A stretch of 64,000 nucleotides of DNA from an uncultured Gammaproteobacteria bacterium (GCA_964354025.1 CAYGXQ010000001.1:5963-69962), one strand, 5' to 3'; shown: positions 26,779 to 36,699, counted from the first letter of the stretch. Numbers and translations are program-made. The notes: generated from the sequence alone by a model not told the origin.

Positions 26779-27987
26779 ATGGAAGAATTGGACAGGCTAT
26801 ATCCTTTGATTACGAGCGAAGACCTGACGAAGTACGCCAAACTTTTCCAAAGGGATTTGATCGCCGCTTTGCACAACCAACAGTCTTCGCTTCCTTCCAT
26901 CCTCAATCCCATCCATAAAATTTCAGCCAAAGAGGGTTTTGGAGTGGCTCTCTCCATCGGCGGGACCAACGGTTATGTCTCGGCCTTCCGGATCTCCCGG
27001 AAAAAGGTGATCACTTTCTTAAACCGGAAAATATTTAATCTGCCGGAAAAAACGACCAGGGAAGAACTTTTTCATTTAATCACTAAAAATGTTTTTGCGG
27101 TGGCCTCCGGCCGGAAGAAAAAATTCCCCATAGGTATCGGTCTGGCATACACGCTGAAGCCGGTGCTTCACCACCGCTTCATCGACGGCACTTTGATGTA
27201 TATGTCCAAGGGCAGGGAGATTGAGGGACTGGTGGGACTGCGGGTCGGACAGGAATATCATAAATTTTTAATCGATAAATACGGGATTGATACGGAAGTG
27301 GCGGTGGCCAACGATGCCATTTGTCTGCTTTTGGGCGGAGACGGAGTGGAAATTGCCGGAGTGGTTGGGACAGGACTTAACTTCGCCTATTGGGAAAAAA
27401 GGACGGCCATTGCCCCTTTGAAACTCGGGGAGCTTAATAATTTCTGCCAGGGGGATATCGCCGTCAACATTGAGTCAAATAATTTTGACAAGATAGAGGG
27501 GACGAAGTTAAGAAGCATTGTCGATAAAGAAAGTGAAGATGTTGGATATTCTCTGGCGGAAAAAGAAGCCTCAGGTGCTTATCTGTACCGGCTGTTTAAT
27601 GCCGGAAAAGTGAAACTTTTGGGCAAAGATTTTCCCGATCTGTCTTCCACCGATCAGCTGAACGATATTCTGACGGGCGCTTATATTTTTCCGAAAAATA
27701 TCAGTCAGGAAAAAATAAAAAAGGCCGGACTTTTTGCCCAGCGACTGTTACATCGGAGCGCCCAGATTACGGCCATCCAGTTATGCGGGATCTTCATGAA
27801 AATCGGCAAAACCAAAGGAATAGTATCGGTAGTTATGGAAGGCGGGATTTTTTGGAAAGCGAAAAACTACGCTTCCTTGGTTAACCTTTACGTCAATATG
27901 ATCTTGCCGGAAGTGATCCCTTCTTTTGCCCGGCTTTTTGGAAGCAGTCGTCGCGGAATGGCCATTCTGGCCAGCAGCTTGATCTAA
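26779..27987 (+). CDS. Hexokinase-family sugar kinase
   Basis: SIGGTN, VAVANDAICLLLG, VVGTGLNFAYWE and VNIESNNFD map onto the hexokinase phosphate-1, connect and adenosine motifs. The start is set at an ATG preceded by GAGGAG. Confidence 0.55.
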   Translation: MEELDRLYPLITSEDLTKYAKLFQRDLIAALHNQQSSLPSILNPIHKISAKEGFGVALSIGGTNGYVSAFRISRKKVITFLNRKIFNLPEKTTREELFHLITKNVFAVASGRKKKFPIGIGLAYTLKPVLHHRFIDGTLMYMSKGREIEGLVGLRVGQEYHKFLIDKYGIDTEVAVANDAICLLLGGDGVEIAGVVGTGLNFAYWEKRTAIAPLKLGELNNFCQGDIAVNIESNNFDKIEGTKLRSIVDKESEDVGYSLAEKEASGAYLYRLFNAGKVKLLGKDFPDLSSTDQLNDILTGAYIFPKNISQEKIKKAGLFAQRLLHRSAQITAIQLCGIFMKIGKTKGIVSVVMEGGIFWKAKNYASLVNLYVNMILPEVIPSFARLFGSSRRGMAILASSLI

Positions 27988-28027
27988 TAACTTCTCCATT
28001 GTAATTATTCAGTTCTTCCCAAAAACA

Positions 28028-28128
28028 ATGTCATTGCGATCCCGATGGAAATCGGGAGAAGCAATCCCGTGATGCTGCAATAATTCCTGCGGGATCGCCA
28101 CGGCCAGTCGGACTGGCCTCGCGATGAC
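28028..28128. repeat. MITE-like element copy E4 (TGTCATTGCGA...TCGCGATGACA)
   Basis: 11-nt terminal inverted repeats. Internal blocks GAAGCAATCCCG and GCCACGGC are shared with the copy at 45933-46002. Three internal hairpins. Confidence 0.5.
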
Positions 28129-28205
28129 ATATTTACTGGGACATACTGAATAGATACCCTCCATTCCATTGACTATCCGTTTATATTCCCTTACCATGAA
28201 ATTAT

Positions 28206-31200
28206 ATGAGTTCACCGGAACACGGACATCATGGAGGAGACGCCAAGCCGGATTTGATGAAAAGGCTGGCTCAATTTTTTAGGGCGCTTTTTCAAAATAA
28301 AGCGGAGAAAGAGATGGCTGAAAGGGCAGCCGCGGGAGAAATCGCTAAGCGCGATTACGCCAAACACGAAACTGAAGCAAAATGGGAAGAGGAAAGAAGA
28401 AAACGGGAAGAAAGAGACCGGACACGAAAATACCATGAAGCCAGAAGCGCGGAAGTGGCTGAAGCCGAGGTGGAAGTAACCAGACGGCAAAACGCACAGA
28501 AAGTGAGAGATAAGCTGCAAGATGTAATCAATGATACCTCCGGTCAAAACGATATCGAAGGTTCAAGATATCTAATGGCGGAGATAAGAGGAAATACACA
28601 TGTACAAGAAGCCTTGAAGCATCTAATTGACGAAAGTCCCAACGCTAGGGAAGTCATCAGGGAGTTTTTGACGCAAGATAAGCGGGTTCACGGGAGAAGT
28701 CGGGAACTGATCAAACTGACACAGGCGCTTTTGTATGAAGCCCAAAAAACCGGTGACATAGGCAACTTGGATTCTTTTATTACCCAAGTAAAAAAACAAA
28801 TTGACGGACTTTTGATAGATGAATATTCCGCGGCAAATAGAGCAGCTAGGGGAAGGAGGGGGCAGGGATTTAATACTTTCAAGGAATTCTTAGAGGAGGA
28901 ACCGGGAATCGTGATGACTGATGACGAACAAAAAGAACTACAAACGCCTGTTTATTATAAAGATAAAGATAATAAAGATACAGATAGAGTCAATGAAACG
29001 GAAACTACGGAGAAATGGAAAAGAATAGTTCAGGAAATGGTGACAGAACCTCGAGTTGGTACCGTCCGAGCTTTTACTGCTGCGAAAGTAGATAAATTTG
29101 CCGAGAATTATGGCGGCAATATTCCTGACAGTCAAGTTGTCATTGATAAGATGGTGGCGCCGCTTGACCGGGTTTGGGGCGAGCTTGAAAGGAAAGATGT
29201 TGCCGGACAGTTAACGAGTGAAGATTTAATCAAATACAGCCGACAATTAGTCAGGGAAGAATCGCAGATCCGGCCAACTGATGTGGCGCCGGGAAGTGAT
29301 GCTTATTTTGCCGCTTCTCGAGCAATGGGGGATTACATGAATAATAAATTGGAAATTTTAGCCAAGAAGCTGGAAGAAAAATTAAAAGCGGAGAAAGTGG
29401 TCATGAAAGAAGGGATTAACGATGAGACGGAATTTTTGGCGGAAATGGCCAAAAGAAAAGGCCGGATAGGAGATTTGTTTGAACTTAACCCGGCGATGGA
29501 AGAACTTTTATACGGATTGGATGATAAAAGCCGTAAGTTTCGGGATAGAGTTTTTATGAATATCCACTCCAGAGTTTTATCCGATCAACGGAATTCCTCA
29601 AACGATAACTTCGGCCTTTACGAGCGGGCGGATTTTTCGACTATAATTGATCTTTTAAAAGTAGGATTGGAAAAATTTAAGGTAATGGAAACAGGCAGAA
29701 GTTTGGGTGAAACTCTAAGCGACCATTACAATAATCTCAGCAACGCCATCCGCCAGTGCCGGGACATTGATTTTTGGGCCTCCCAACCGGCTGCCAATTC
29801 GGAGAACTTCAACAAATCTCTCGGCATGTTCCAAAATGAGTATGTCAAAGAAGCTCTTAACATCCCTGGGGTGATAGTGGCTTTCCGGGCTTTTGAGGAT
29901 AATCTTCGCAGTATTATCGCTTCCAACGACGGTTATCTGCCGCCGGCTCTCATGGAATACGATGCGACCAGCGGACGCTCTTTCTGGGATAACATGTCCC
30001 GGGCACAGGTTGAGAAAATGGTCGGCATGGGAGTGGTCCCGGGTATCAAAAGAGATGAAAGAAATTATTATCTTCATGTCAGAAATAAAGACGGCTATTC
30101 AGTCGAGATGGACTTTAAAAATCCTTTGAAAAAAGAGGATGTTTCCTCCGATGAGTATCTGATGTATATGACTTTGGCCAAAGGGATCGGAATGGCCACT
30201 GCCCGGTATCTGGAAATGATTGCCCAGACGAAAGTCCCGGGGTCGGACAATCCGACGCTGGGTTTGGATACTTTCCACAGTATGCCTTATGAGGGAATGG
30301 CGAAAGCGATGAACTATTTTAATGTCTATATTGAGAAATGGAAAATGGGTTCATATAAATACGGCCATCTCATGAATATGCTGATACCGGATGAAAAAAA
30401 TAGGATGACAATAGACCAAAATGATTCTACTTCAGCCATCCGCGCTTATATGGCTTACCAGGACGGCACTTTTGAGGAAAAATTCGGCACTGATGCCAAA
30501 AGATTTATTGACCTGACTAATTTCTCCGGCATTTCCTCGGCTATAGGCAAAGACACAACCTGGCGGCAATATGACATGACGCTTGACTGGGAGGACCGGA
30601 AAAAAGAATTTTTAGGCGGTCCGACGCAGCTGGTTTTAAGCAAAAGATACGCGGAGGAGAAAGTCAAAGACCATCTGGTAGTGGCCAAATATCGGGAGCA
30701 ATACCGGCAGGAACTAATCAGCCAAAAATCCGGACTGCCGACCAGCGGCGCCGGTTTTGATAAGCTTTGGCGGGAATACGGGAAAAATAGATATGCTTAT
30801 AACATTGAAAAGGAATGGGAAAAACTTAACGGGCTTGACCCTAAAAAAGGCAGACAGCATACGGCTTTATGGCATCAGACAGACCATTTGATAGGAGCAT
30901 ATAGAAATGCCTTGAAGGCGAGAGTCTGGGTAGAGATGGCCATGAGAAATCCTCTGGTGGTGGCTCACAGCTTAAAAGTCGACCTTCCTTTGGTTGGGGG
31001 AGAGAAACGGAAGAAACAGATGACTCTTCATACCATGCTGGTACAGGATATTTTAGGCATTCCGCCGGAAGATACGAAATACGGTGAGGAAGTCGGTAAA
31101 TCCGCTACCAGAAAATCACCGACAAAACAGCAAGAACAATACATGATTGACGTCATGAATCTGGAGTGGGATCTGGCGGCAGTACGGGAGAAAGCCATCA

Positions 31201-32180
31201 ATGGTGAAGATACAGAATATGTGAGAGATCTGACCGATAAGGATTTTAAGGTTATTGGAGATGAAAAAAGGAAAGAACAGGCTTTGGCTTACTGGAGAAG
31301 AGTGAAAAAAGTAATTTTAGGCAGCGAAGATTCGGCTGAAGCGGATAGATTGATTAAACATTTTGGTTTGGGTCTGATGGAAAATCAGGTGGATTACGAA
31401 TGGGATCATCATCACATCCATGAATTGATGACCGATAAAAAGGACGGCTTTTTGGATAAATTAGATAAACAGTTAAATCAAAGTCCGATGTTTACGATTG
31501 TCGGTTCAGACGGCCAACAGATCGAAATCCCTTTTCTTTTGAAAAAAGCGGTGAAGATGGAGCCGGAGTGGATTTTAGGAACTGACGATATGGTTTTTAA
31601 CAAAATGGATATCCTCAATCTCGGTTCAAGACAGCTGATAAGAAGAGGAGGCGATATTGCCGCCCACCAGGCCGGCGGCGATGCCGTTATTCAGTATCTC
31701 CTGTATGGTTTAACGCCAACGCCAAATAAGGAAGAAGCGGTGAAACTGCTTGCCAAACTTCGTGATGCCTACTCCGGCGATATGATTGAAATCGGTTGGT
31801 CAGTTGGATCCAATCTTGCTTACATGACTGACCGGCTTTATGCCTGGGATTGGAATCATTATGGGCAGTCGGTCGCGCAAAGAGATGTCTGGGGTACAAG
31901 AAGAGGAGTGGCCTCCTGGTTAGCCAATGAAAGACGGGAATGGTGGGATACTTTGGAACACGCTGATGTTTTTCCGCCGAACGCGCATTCTTACTTTTAT
32001 AACATCGATGATAAAGTAAATATCCATACAATGAGAAAATGGTGCCACGCGGATAATTCGGATGTCTGGAAAGAAATCATTGCCCTGGGAGTTTTACTGG
32101 CTTTGGCGATCACCATCTACCGTGCCTTCACCGCCCCAAGTGAAGAAGAAGAGGGCGGCGGTAAAGGCGGACACCATTAG
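28206..32180 (+). CDS. Giant hypothetical protein (1324 aa), with a charged coiled-coil-like N-terminus, one C-terminal TM helix, and an EEEEGGGKGGHH tail
   Basis: A single long ORF with CDS-like composition; no catalytic motif recognised. Convergent with the VirB6-like gene. Confidence 0.6.
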   Translation: MSSPEHGHHGGDAKPDLMKRLAQFFRALFQNKAEKEMAERAAAGEIAKRDYAKHETEAKWEEERRKREERDRTRKYHEARSAEVAEAEVEVTRRQNAQKVRDKLQDVINDTSGQNDIEGSRYLMAEIRGNTHVQEALKHLIDESPNAREVIREFLTQDKRVHGRSRELIKLTQALLYEAQKTGDIGNLDSFITQVKKQIDGLLIDEYSAANRAARGRRGQGFNTFKEFLEEEPGIVMTDDEQKELQTPVYYKDKDNKDTDRVNETETTEKWKRIVQEMVTEPRVGTVRAFTAAKVDKFAENYGGNIPDSQVVIDKMVAPLDRVWGELERKDVAGQLTSEDLIKYSRQLVREESQIRPTDVAPGSDAYFAASRAMGDYMNNKLEILAKKLEEKLKAEKVVMKEGINDETEFLAEMAKRKGRIGDLFELNPAMEELLYGLDDKSRKFRDRVFMNIHSRVLSDQRNSSNDNFGLYERADFSTIIDLLKVGLEKFKVMETGRSLGETLSDHYNNLSNAIRQCRDIDFWASQPAANSENFNKSLGMFQNEYVKEALNIPGVIVAFRAFEDNLRSIIASNDGYLPPALMEYDATSGRSFWDNMSRAQVEKMVGMGVVPGIKRDERNYYLHVRNKDGYSVEMDFKNPLKKEDVSSDEYLMYMTLAKGIGMATARYLEMIAQTKVPGSDNPTLGLDTFHSMPYEGMAKAMNYFNVYIEKWKMGSYKYGHLMNMLIPDEKNRMTIDQNDSTSAIRAYMAYQDGTFEEKFGTDAKRFIDLTNFSGISSAIGKDTTWRQYDMTLDWEDRKKEFLGGPTQLVLSKRYAEEKVKDHLVVAKYREQYRQELISQKSGLPTSGAGFDKLWREYGKNRYAYNIEKEWEKLNGLDPKKGRQHTALWHQTDHLIGAYRNALKARVWVEMAMRNPLVVAHSLKVDLPLVGGEKRKKQMTLHTMLVQDILGIPPEDTKYGEEVGKSATRKSPTKQQEQYMIDVMNLEWDLAAVREKAINGEDTEYVRDLTDKDFKVIGDEKRKEQALAYWRRVKKVILGSEDSAEADRLIKHFGLGLMENQVDYEWDHHHIHELMTDKKDGFLDKLDKQLNQSPMFTIVGSDGQQIEIPFLLKKAVKMEPEWILGTDDMVFNKMDILNLGSRQLIRRGGDIAAHQAGGDAVIQYLLYGLTPTPNKEEAVKLLAKLRDAYSGDMIEIGWSVGSNLAYMTDRLYAWDWNHYGQSVAQRDVWGTRRGVASWLANERREWWDTLEHADVFPPNAHSYFYNIDDKVNIHTMRKWCHADNSDVWKEIIALGVLLALAITIYRAFTAPSEEEEGGGKGGHH

Positions 32181-32196
32181 TTACTACTAGTTACTA

Positions 32197-33726
32197 CTAC
32201 TTGTGAGTTCCTTTATCTCCACCTCCGAAGATACCGCTGGCCATCATTTTCAACTGGCCCATATAGTAGAACTGGCTGGCCGCGCCCATGGCCGTCTGGA
32301 AAGAACCGGTCAAAGGCGCCATGATGGTGCCCGGAGAAACAGGCAGGGCCGGTTTAGGCGCGAACATCTTTTTGATCGAGGCAATCAAAGTCGGGGCCAT
32401 GAAAAGGACACCGATGCCGATAAAAGCGGAAAAAACAGGAGGAGTCCCTATGCCCAAAAGAGGCGGTTGCCAGGCCGTGTTTTCCGGATTTTGGGAAGTC
32501 AAAAACATGGCAAACATCAAGACGGCGGCGGTGGCCGGGAAGACGACCAGATTAGCAATGACATTTAAAATCCAGTCGGTAAAAGCGGATTTGCCGGGGA
32601 CAGCCTCCGCCAGAAGCTGGATCGGGCCAATGATCAAAGAAATCATCACCTGGATATAGGAATTCACCAGAAGAAGTACCAGTCTGATGAAAGTAAAAAG
32701 CAGTCCCAGAGCCAAAATCAATATAATAATAGCTGATGGAGCAGCAGCGACAGCTGCTGTGCCCAAACCGATAGTAACGAGACCGGGAATCATAGAAATG
32801 AGTCCAATTACAACAGAGATACCGCCCAGTTGACCTCCATAACCTTTGATAAAATCGTCTACAGATCGGAAGCCGCCGCTGAAAACCGATCCGGCTAAAG
32901 TGCCTAACCCGCCGGTCATATACTGGCTTTGCAGTTCCGCCACTTTTGAAGCAAAACCGCCGCCCATGCCCTGAGCCATGACAGAGATCAGGATAGCCAT
33001 GACCAGATACATCATGTCAATCAGAAAACCGACGATCGGATAAGAAAGGGTGATCAGGACTAAAGTCAGAATGATTTTTGGTAAAGCCGCCTGAAGAGAG
33101 ATGACTGTTTTCGGATCAATTTTCATCCGGAAGATGATCATGAAGCCGATGGCCACCATGACGATAATCAAGATAGCGTAAGCAATATTTCGGGAAGTTT
33201 TCCAAAGAGAAAGAAGCGGGGTCATGGCGGCAAAACCGATCCCTTGGGCAAAAACAGGCTTGATAAAGCCGGCGTTGGCCAGATAGTCACGGGCATAATA
33301 GGCAAAACTGGCCGGAGGATTAGCGTAAATGGATGCTATAACTGTGCTGATATTTCCCAGAGCCGTTTGCTGCGGATTACAATTGTTATCATCAGGAAGG
33401 CAGACTAACAAACTAGTAATAGCGGCCACTTGGACATTAGCGATAAAGATGCTATGAGGGACCGCAGAAATATCAGTTTGTCCTTCTTTGGCTTTTTCCT
33501 CAGTAATATTTAAGTCGTTGACGATTTCCTTCAAACCCATCCTCCAATATCTTGTAGCGGTAGCGGCCGTAGCTTCTTTGGGGAATGAGAAGAATGGAAT
33601 TGCGGCAATAAATATCAAAAGTAAAAATCTGTAGATTTTGGGCAGACGGAGCATATTTTTATTATTCTGCTTTTTGACGGTGGTGTCAATCCTGTATTGT
33701 GTTATTGTCATCCCGACCGATTCCAC
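32197..33726 (-). CDS. VirB6/TrbL-like polytopic membrane protein (putative type-IV-secretion channel component)
   Basis: Signal/TM followed by an extracytoplasmic segment, then 8 or more TM helices and a Gly-rich tail. It sits directly downstream of six VirB2/TrbC-like genes. The true start is probably the ATG at 33711. Confidence 0.45.
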   Translation of the reverse strand: MESVGMTITQYRIDTTVKKQNNKNMLRLPKIYRFLLLIFIAAIPFFSFPKEATAATATRYWRMGLKEIVNDLNITEEKAKEGQTDISAVPHSIFIANVQVAAITSLLVCLPDDNNCNPQQTALGNISTVIASIYANPPASFAYYARDYLANAGFIKPVFAQGIGFAAMTPLLSLWKTSRNIAYAILIIVMVAIGFMIIFRMKIDPKTVISLQAALPKIILTLVLITLSYPIVGFLIDMMYLVMAILISVMAQGMGGGFASKVAELQSQYMTGGLGTLAGSVFSGGFRSVDDFIKGYGGQLGGISVVIGLISMIPGLVTIGLGTAAVAAAPSAIIILILALGLLFTFIRLVLLLVNSYIQVMISLIIGPIQLLAEAVPGKSAFTDWILNVIANLVVFPATAAVLMFAMFLTSQNPENTAWQPPLLGIGTPPVFSAFIGIGVLFMAPTLIASIKKMFAPKPALPVSPGTIMAPLTGSFQTAMGAASQFYYMGQLKMMASGIFGGGDKGTHK

Positions 33727-33815
33727 GATAGTGGATGAGTGGAGGGATCTTCCGCGTTCCGTTAGATGGAAGATTCCTCGACGCGGCCATTATCATGGCC
33801 TTACTCGGAATGACA
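33706..33815. repeat. MITE-like element copy E2 (TGTCATCCCGAC...ACTCGGAATGACA)
   Basis: Same 45-nt core as the copy at 21638. It overlaps the 5' end of the VirB6-like gene. Confidence 0.5.
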
Positions 33816-33816
33816 C

Positions 33817-34137
33817 TCAAGGTGAAGAAGGAATTTCGAAAATCAGGACATTGACGCCGGTGAAGTATTGGATGATTTTAAAAATCAGAAAAGCGACGGC
33901 CATCAGAGCGATGCCGGCAATGGCATAAGTCATCGTTTGTTGGGCGGAAGCGGTTGCTTTATGGTCACCGCCTGAAGTGAGATACTTGAAGCCGCCGATG
34001 ATAAGCATAACCATCAGAGCCAGCCCGGCTAAACTGACGGCGACAGTCAAAATATTGGAAAAAACAATTTCCAGACATTTGAGGGTGGGAACATCAACTC
34101 CGCCCACCGTCTGCATGCAGGAAGTCCAGTCTTTCAT
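33817..34137 (-). CDS. TrbC/VirB2-like small membrane protein (pilin-like), paralog 6 of 6
   Basis: TM1 - SGGD(H/K) motif - amphipathic helix - TM2 architecture, shared by all six tandem genes. Confidence 0.5.
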   Translation of the reverse strand: MKDWTSCMQTVGGVDVPTLKCLEIVFSNILTVAVSLAGLALMVMLIIGGFKYLTSGGDHKATASAQQTMTYAIAGIALMAVAFLIFKIIQYFTGVNVLIFEIPSSP

Positions 34138-34156
34138 GAGGGTTTAAATCTTCTGT

Positions 34157-34537
34157 TTAATAACCCGACGGCAACTTGATACCTCTCAGGATCGAGATAC
34201 CGAAGAATTGTTCGATGACGATCATCAGTCCCCAAGCGGCAAAGACGATGAAAAGGCCGAGGATGGCCGCCTGGATTTTGTGCTGGGCGGCTTCCACTTT
34301 ACTCTTGTCTCCACCGGAAAGGATCCATTCAACACCGGCGATAAGAAGATAGATGAAAGTCGCCAGAGCAGCCATTACAAGGATAAGACCGACCGCACCG
34401 CTGACTAATTTACCCAAATCGCCTGTTCTCAGATTTGAAGGACTAGGGATGATAATAGGAATGTCTTCAGCGAAAGCGGTTGTTTTTGAGAACAAAACCA
34501 GCGATAAAGTAGAAAGACCGGCGATAATTTTTTTCAT
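34157..34537 (-). CDS. TrbC/VirB2-like small membrane protein, paralog 5
   Basis: N-terminal signal peptide; LSGGDKSKVEAAQHKIQAAILGLFIVFAAWG. Confidence 0.5.
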   Translation of the reverse strand: MKKIIAGLSTLSLVLFSKTTAFAEDIPIIIPSPSNLRTGDLGKLVSGAVGLILVMAALATFIYLLIAGVEWILSGGDKSKVEAAQHKIQAAILGLFIVFAAWGLMIVIEQFFGISILRGIKLPSGY

Positions 34538-34596
34538 AAAATTTTTCCTCCCCTTATAAAATTATTATGACAATGTTTTGACTTGTTTGTCAAGCT

Positions 34597-34953
34597 CTAA
34601 AATAAAGTCGGCAGTTTTATCTGAAAACCGCCGCCTCCGCCAAGAGGCGAAATGCCCAAGAATTGCAAAACAACAACATACAATCCCCAGGATGCAAAAA
34701 GAATGAAGAGTCCGACGATGGCATTGGTAATTCTTTTTTGCGCTCCTTCCAGCGCTGCCTTATCTCCGCCTGAAGAAATCCATTCTAAACCGCCCTGGAG
34801 GAGATTGACAAAAGCCCAGATAGAGCCGGCGGTAAGCATGACGCCAACCAAAGCGGCAAAAAATTTGGCAAAAATCTCCGGCGCTTTTTCTGGATTTTGG
34901 CCGGAAATACCGGTGACAACTGGATTGGTGATTGGTGAGATTTGATAAATCAT
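34597..34953 (-). CDS. TrbC/VirB2-like small membrane protein, paralog 4
   Basis: ISSGGDKAALEGAQKRITNAIVGLFILFASWG. Confidence 0.5.
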   Translation of the reverse strand: MIYQISPITNPVVTGISGQNPEKAPEIFAKFFAALVGVMLTAGSIWAFVNLLQGGLEWISSGGDKAALEGAQKRITNAIVGLFILFASWGLYVVVLQFLGISPLGGGGGFQIKLPTLF

Positions 34954-34955
34954 AG

Positions 34956-35369
34956 TTAAAATCCGATATTCTGTAAAACTGCTCCCGGATTTAAGATGTT
35001 CAAACCGATGATTTTGCCGATCAATCCGGTAATTACCCAGGCGGAAACAACAATGATCAAGCCGATTAGGGCATTAACGATTTTATTACGGGCTTCTTCA
35101 AGATTATGCTTGTCGCCGCCCGCATTCATCCAGCCGTAACCGGCGATAATTATCTGGAAGATAAACCAGAGCGCGGCAACTATTGTTAAGAAACCTATGA
35201 TGCCGCTGAGAGCTTTGTTTAACTGGTTGCCGACTTTGGCGCTGTCGCCAATACCCAAATTGCACATCGCTTTTGCGATCTCTCCGAAACCATCACCGCA
35301 ACCCAAACCTTTGCTTGAAGGCGGAAGCGGGGCGGCCGCGTAGACAGCACTGATTAATTTATTTATCAT
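34956..35369 (-). CDS. TrbC/VirB2-like small membrane protein, paralog 3
   Basis: MNAGGDKHNLEEARNKIVNALIGLIIVVSAW. Confidence 0.5.
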   Translation of the reverse strand: MINKLISAVYAAAPLPPSSKGLGCGDGFGEIAKAMCNLGIGDSAKVGNQLNKALSGIIGFLTIVAALWFIFQIIIAGYGWMNAGGDKHNLEEARNKIVNALIGLIIVVSAWVITGLIGKIIGLNILNPGAVLQNIGF

Positions 35370-35740
35370 TGTAATTTCGGTTGTAAAATAGCCGTCGGAT
35401 CTTTGAAAAACAATATACCGAATACCGCCGCCAGCAAAAATGAAGCAACGATAATCACCAATCCCAAGAGAGTTTGCCAGATCCGGTCCAAGGCTTTGGT
35501 GACTTTTTTCGCGTCGCCGCCGGCCGACATATAATCAAAGCCGGCAATAATCAGATTGACGAATGAATAAAGTCCGGCGACAACAAAAACCAGTTTAAGG
35601 ATGGAATTCAGTAAAACCATGATACCGGTTAGCTCTCCGCCTGATCCAATCCCTTCAGGCATATAGGGAGGACGGGAAATGCAACCGATCGGGTCATTCG
35701 GATCGCAGGCGGCCAGAAGGGTGGTTAAAAGATAAATCAT
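35366..35740 (-). CDS. TrbC/VirB2-like small membrane protein, paralog 2
   Basis: MSAGGDAKKVTKALDRIWQTLLGLVIIVASF. Confidence 0.5.
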   Translation of the reverse strand: MIYLLTTLLAACDPNDPIGCISRPPYMPEGIGSGGELTGIMVLLNSILKLVFVVAGLYSFVNLIIAGFDYMSAGGDAKKVTKALDRIWQTLLGLVIIVASFLLAAVFGILFFKDPTAILQPKLQ

Positions 35741-35744
35741 ATTG

Positions 35745-36053
35745 CTAGCCTAAAATACCGCTTAGAGCTCCTCCAGTGATGAAATTTATTATTTGTAAAA
35801 TCCAATAGGCTCCAAACATAATAGTAAAGCCGATGATGGCAAAAGTCAAAATATTTTTACGCGATTCGGCTGCGTGTTCGTCGCCGCCGGCGTTCATAAT
35901 CACCCCTAAACCGGTAATGACGATGATAAAAAAGAAAATGACTCCGCCGACGATCAATATTTTCGGCAGCAGCGAGGACACCAGTGAGGAAAGGGTCGGA
36001 AAATTTTTGGCAAGCGGCCACTCTTTACTTATGTCCACCTGTGCGAGAAGCAT
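35745..36053 (-). CDS. TrbC/VirB2-like small membrane protein, paralog 1 (first gene of the array)
   Basis: MNAGGDEHAAESRKNILTFAIIGFTIMFGAY. Confidence 0.5.
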   Translation of the reverse strand: MLLAQVDISKEWPLAKNFPTLSSLVSSLLPKILIVGGVIFFFIIVITGLGVIMNAGGDEHAAESRKNILTFAIIGFTIMFGAYWILQIINFITGGALSGILG

Positions 36054-36150
36054 ACCTTCAGTCTAAGGAATCGGAGGCGGATTTGTCAAATGGCGGGAGA
36101 AGAACTAAAATAAGAGCATGAATTTATTAGTTTTGACCGACTTATAAGAT

Positions 36151-36699
36151 ATGTTCGACGAAAAATTGCTAGTCAAAGACATTTTGGCGGGAAACGAAAA
36201 AACCTTAAGGTTTTTTTACCGGCATTTCAAAAATCCCCTTATGAGTTATATAAAAAACAAAGTCGGTAATCCCCAGGATGCCGAAGAAATTATGCAGGAC
36301 GTCCTTCTTTCGACCATTGAAGCTTTCCGGGATTTCACTTTCCGCTGCCGGATTTTTACCTATATTTGCAGTATTGCCAATCACAAAGTGATTGATTATT
36401 ACCGCCGGAAGAAAATAAAAAACATCGTTTTCTCCCGGATCAAAGACGTGGAGCCGTTGATAATTACCCTCTTAAGCCCGGAAACTACTTTCGACGACGA
36501 GCTTTTGAAGGAAAAAATAACCCTGACATTTGGCCGGTTGACACCGCTGTACCGTAAAATTTTAACCTTGAAATATATTGACGGCTATTCCGTTTCCGAA
36601 ATTGCCCGGATGCTCTCCCTTTCTTTCAAAAGCGTAGAGAGCCATCTTTTCCGGGCCAGACGAACGTTTGCGATAATTTTTTCCTATGAAAGAAGATAA
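36151..36699 (+). CDS. ECF-type RNA polymerase sigma-70 family factor
   Basis: Region 2 (FYRHF...DAEEIMQDVLL) and region 4 (YSVSEIARMLSLSFKSVESHLFRARR). Divergent from the pilin array. Confidence 0.8.
   Translation: MFDEKLLVKDILAGNEKTLRFFYRHFKNPLMSYIKNKVGNPQDAEEIMQDVLLSTIEAFRDFTFRCRIFTYICSIANHKVIDYYRRKKIKNIVFSRIKDVEPLIITLLSPETTFDDELLKEKITLTFGRLTPLYRKILTLKYIDGYSVSEIARMLSLSFKSVESHLFRARRTFAIIFSYERR

Noticed and set aside
28009-28215. 68-aa minus-strand ORF
   Set aside because: It coincides with the palindromic MITE-like copy E4; palindromes generate spurious ORFs on both strands.
32181-32200. Tandem duplication TAGTTACTAC x2 between the convergent stops of the giant gene and the VirB6-like gene
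   Set aside because: Only two copies in 20 nt; this is most likely a slippage duplication with no evident structure.
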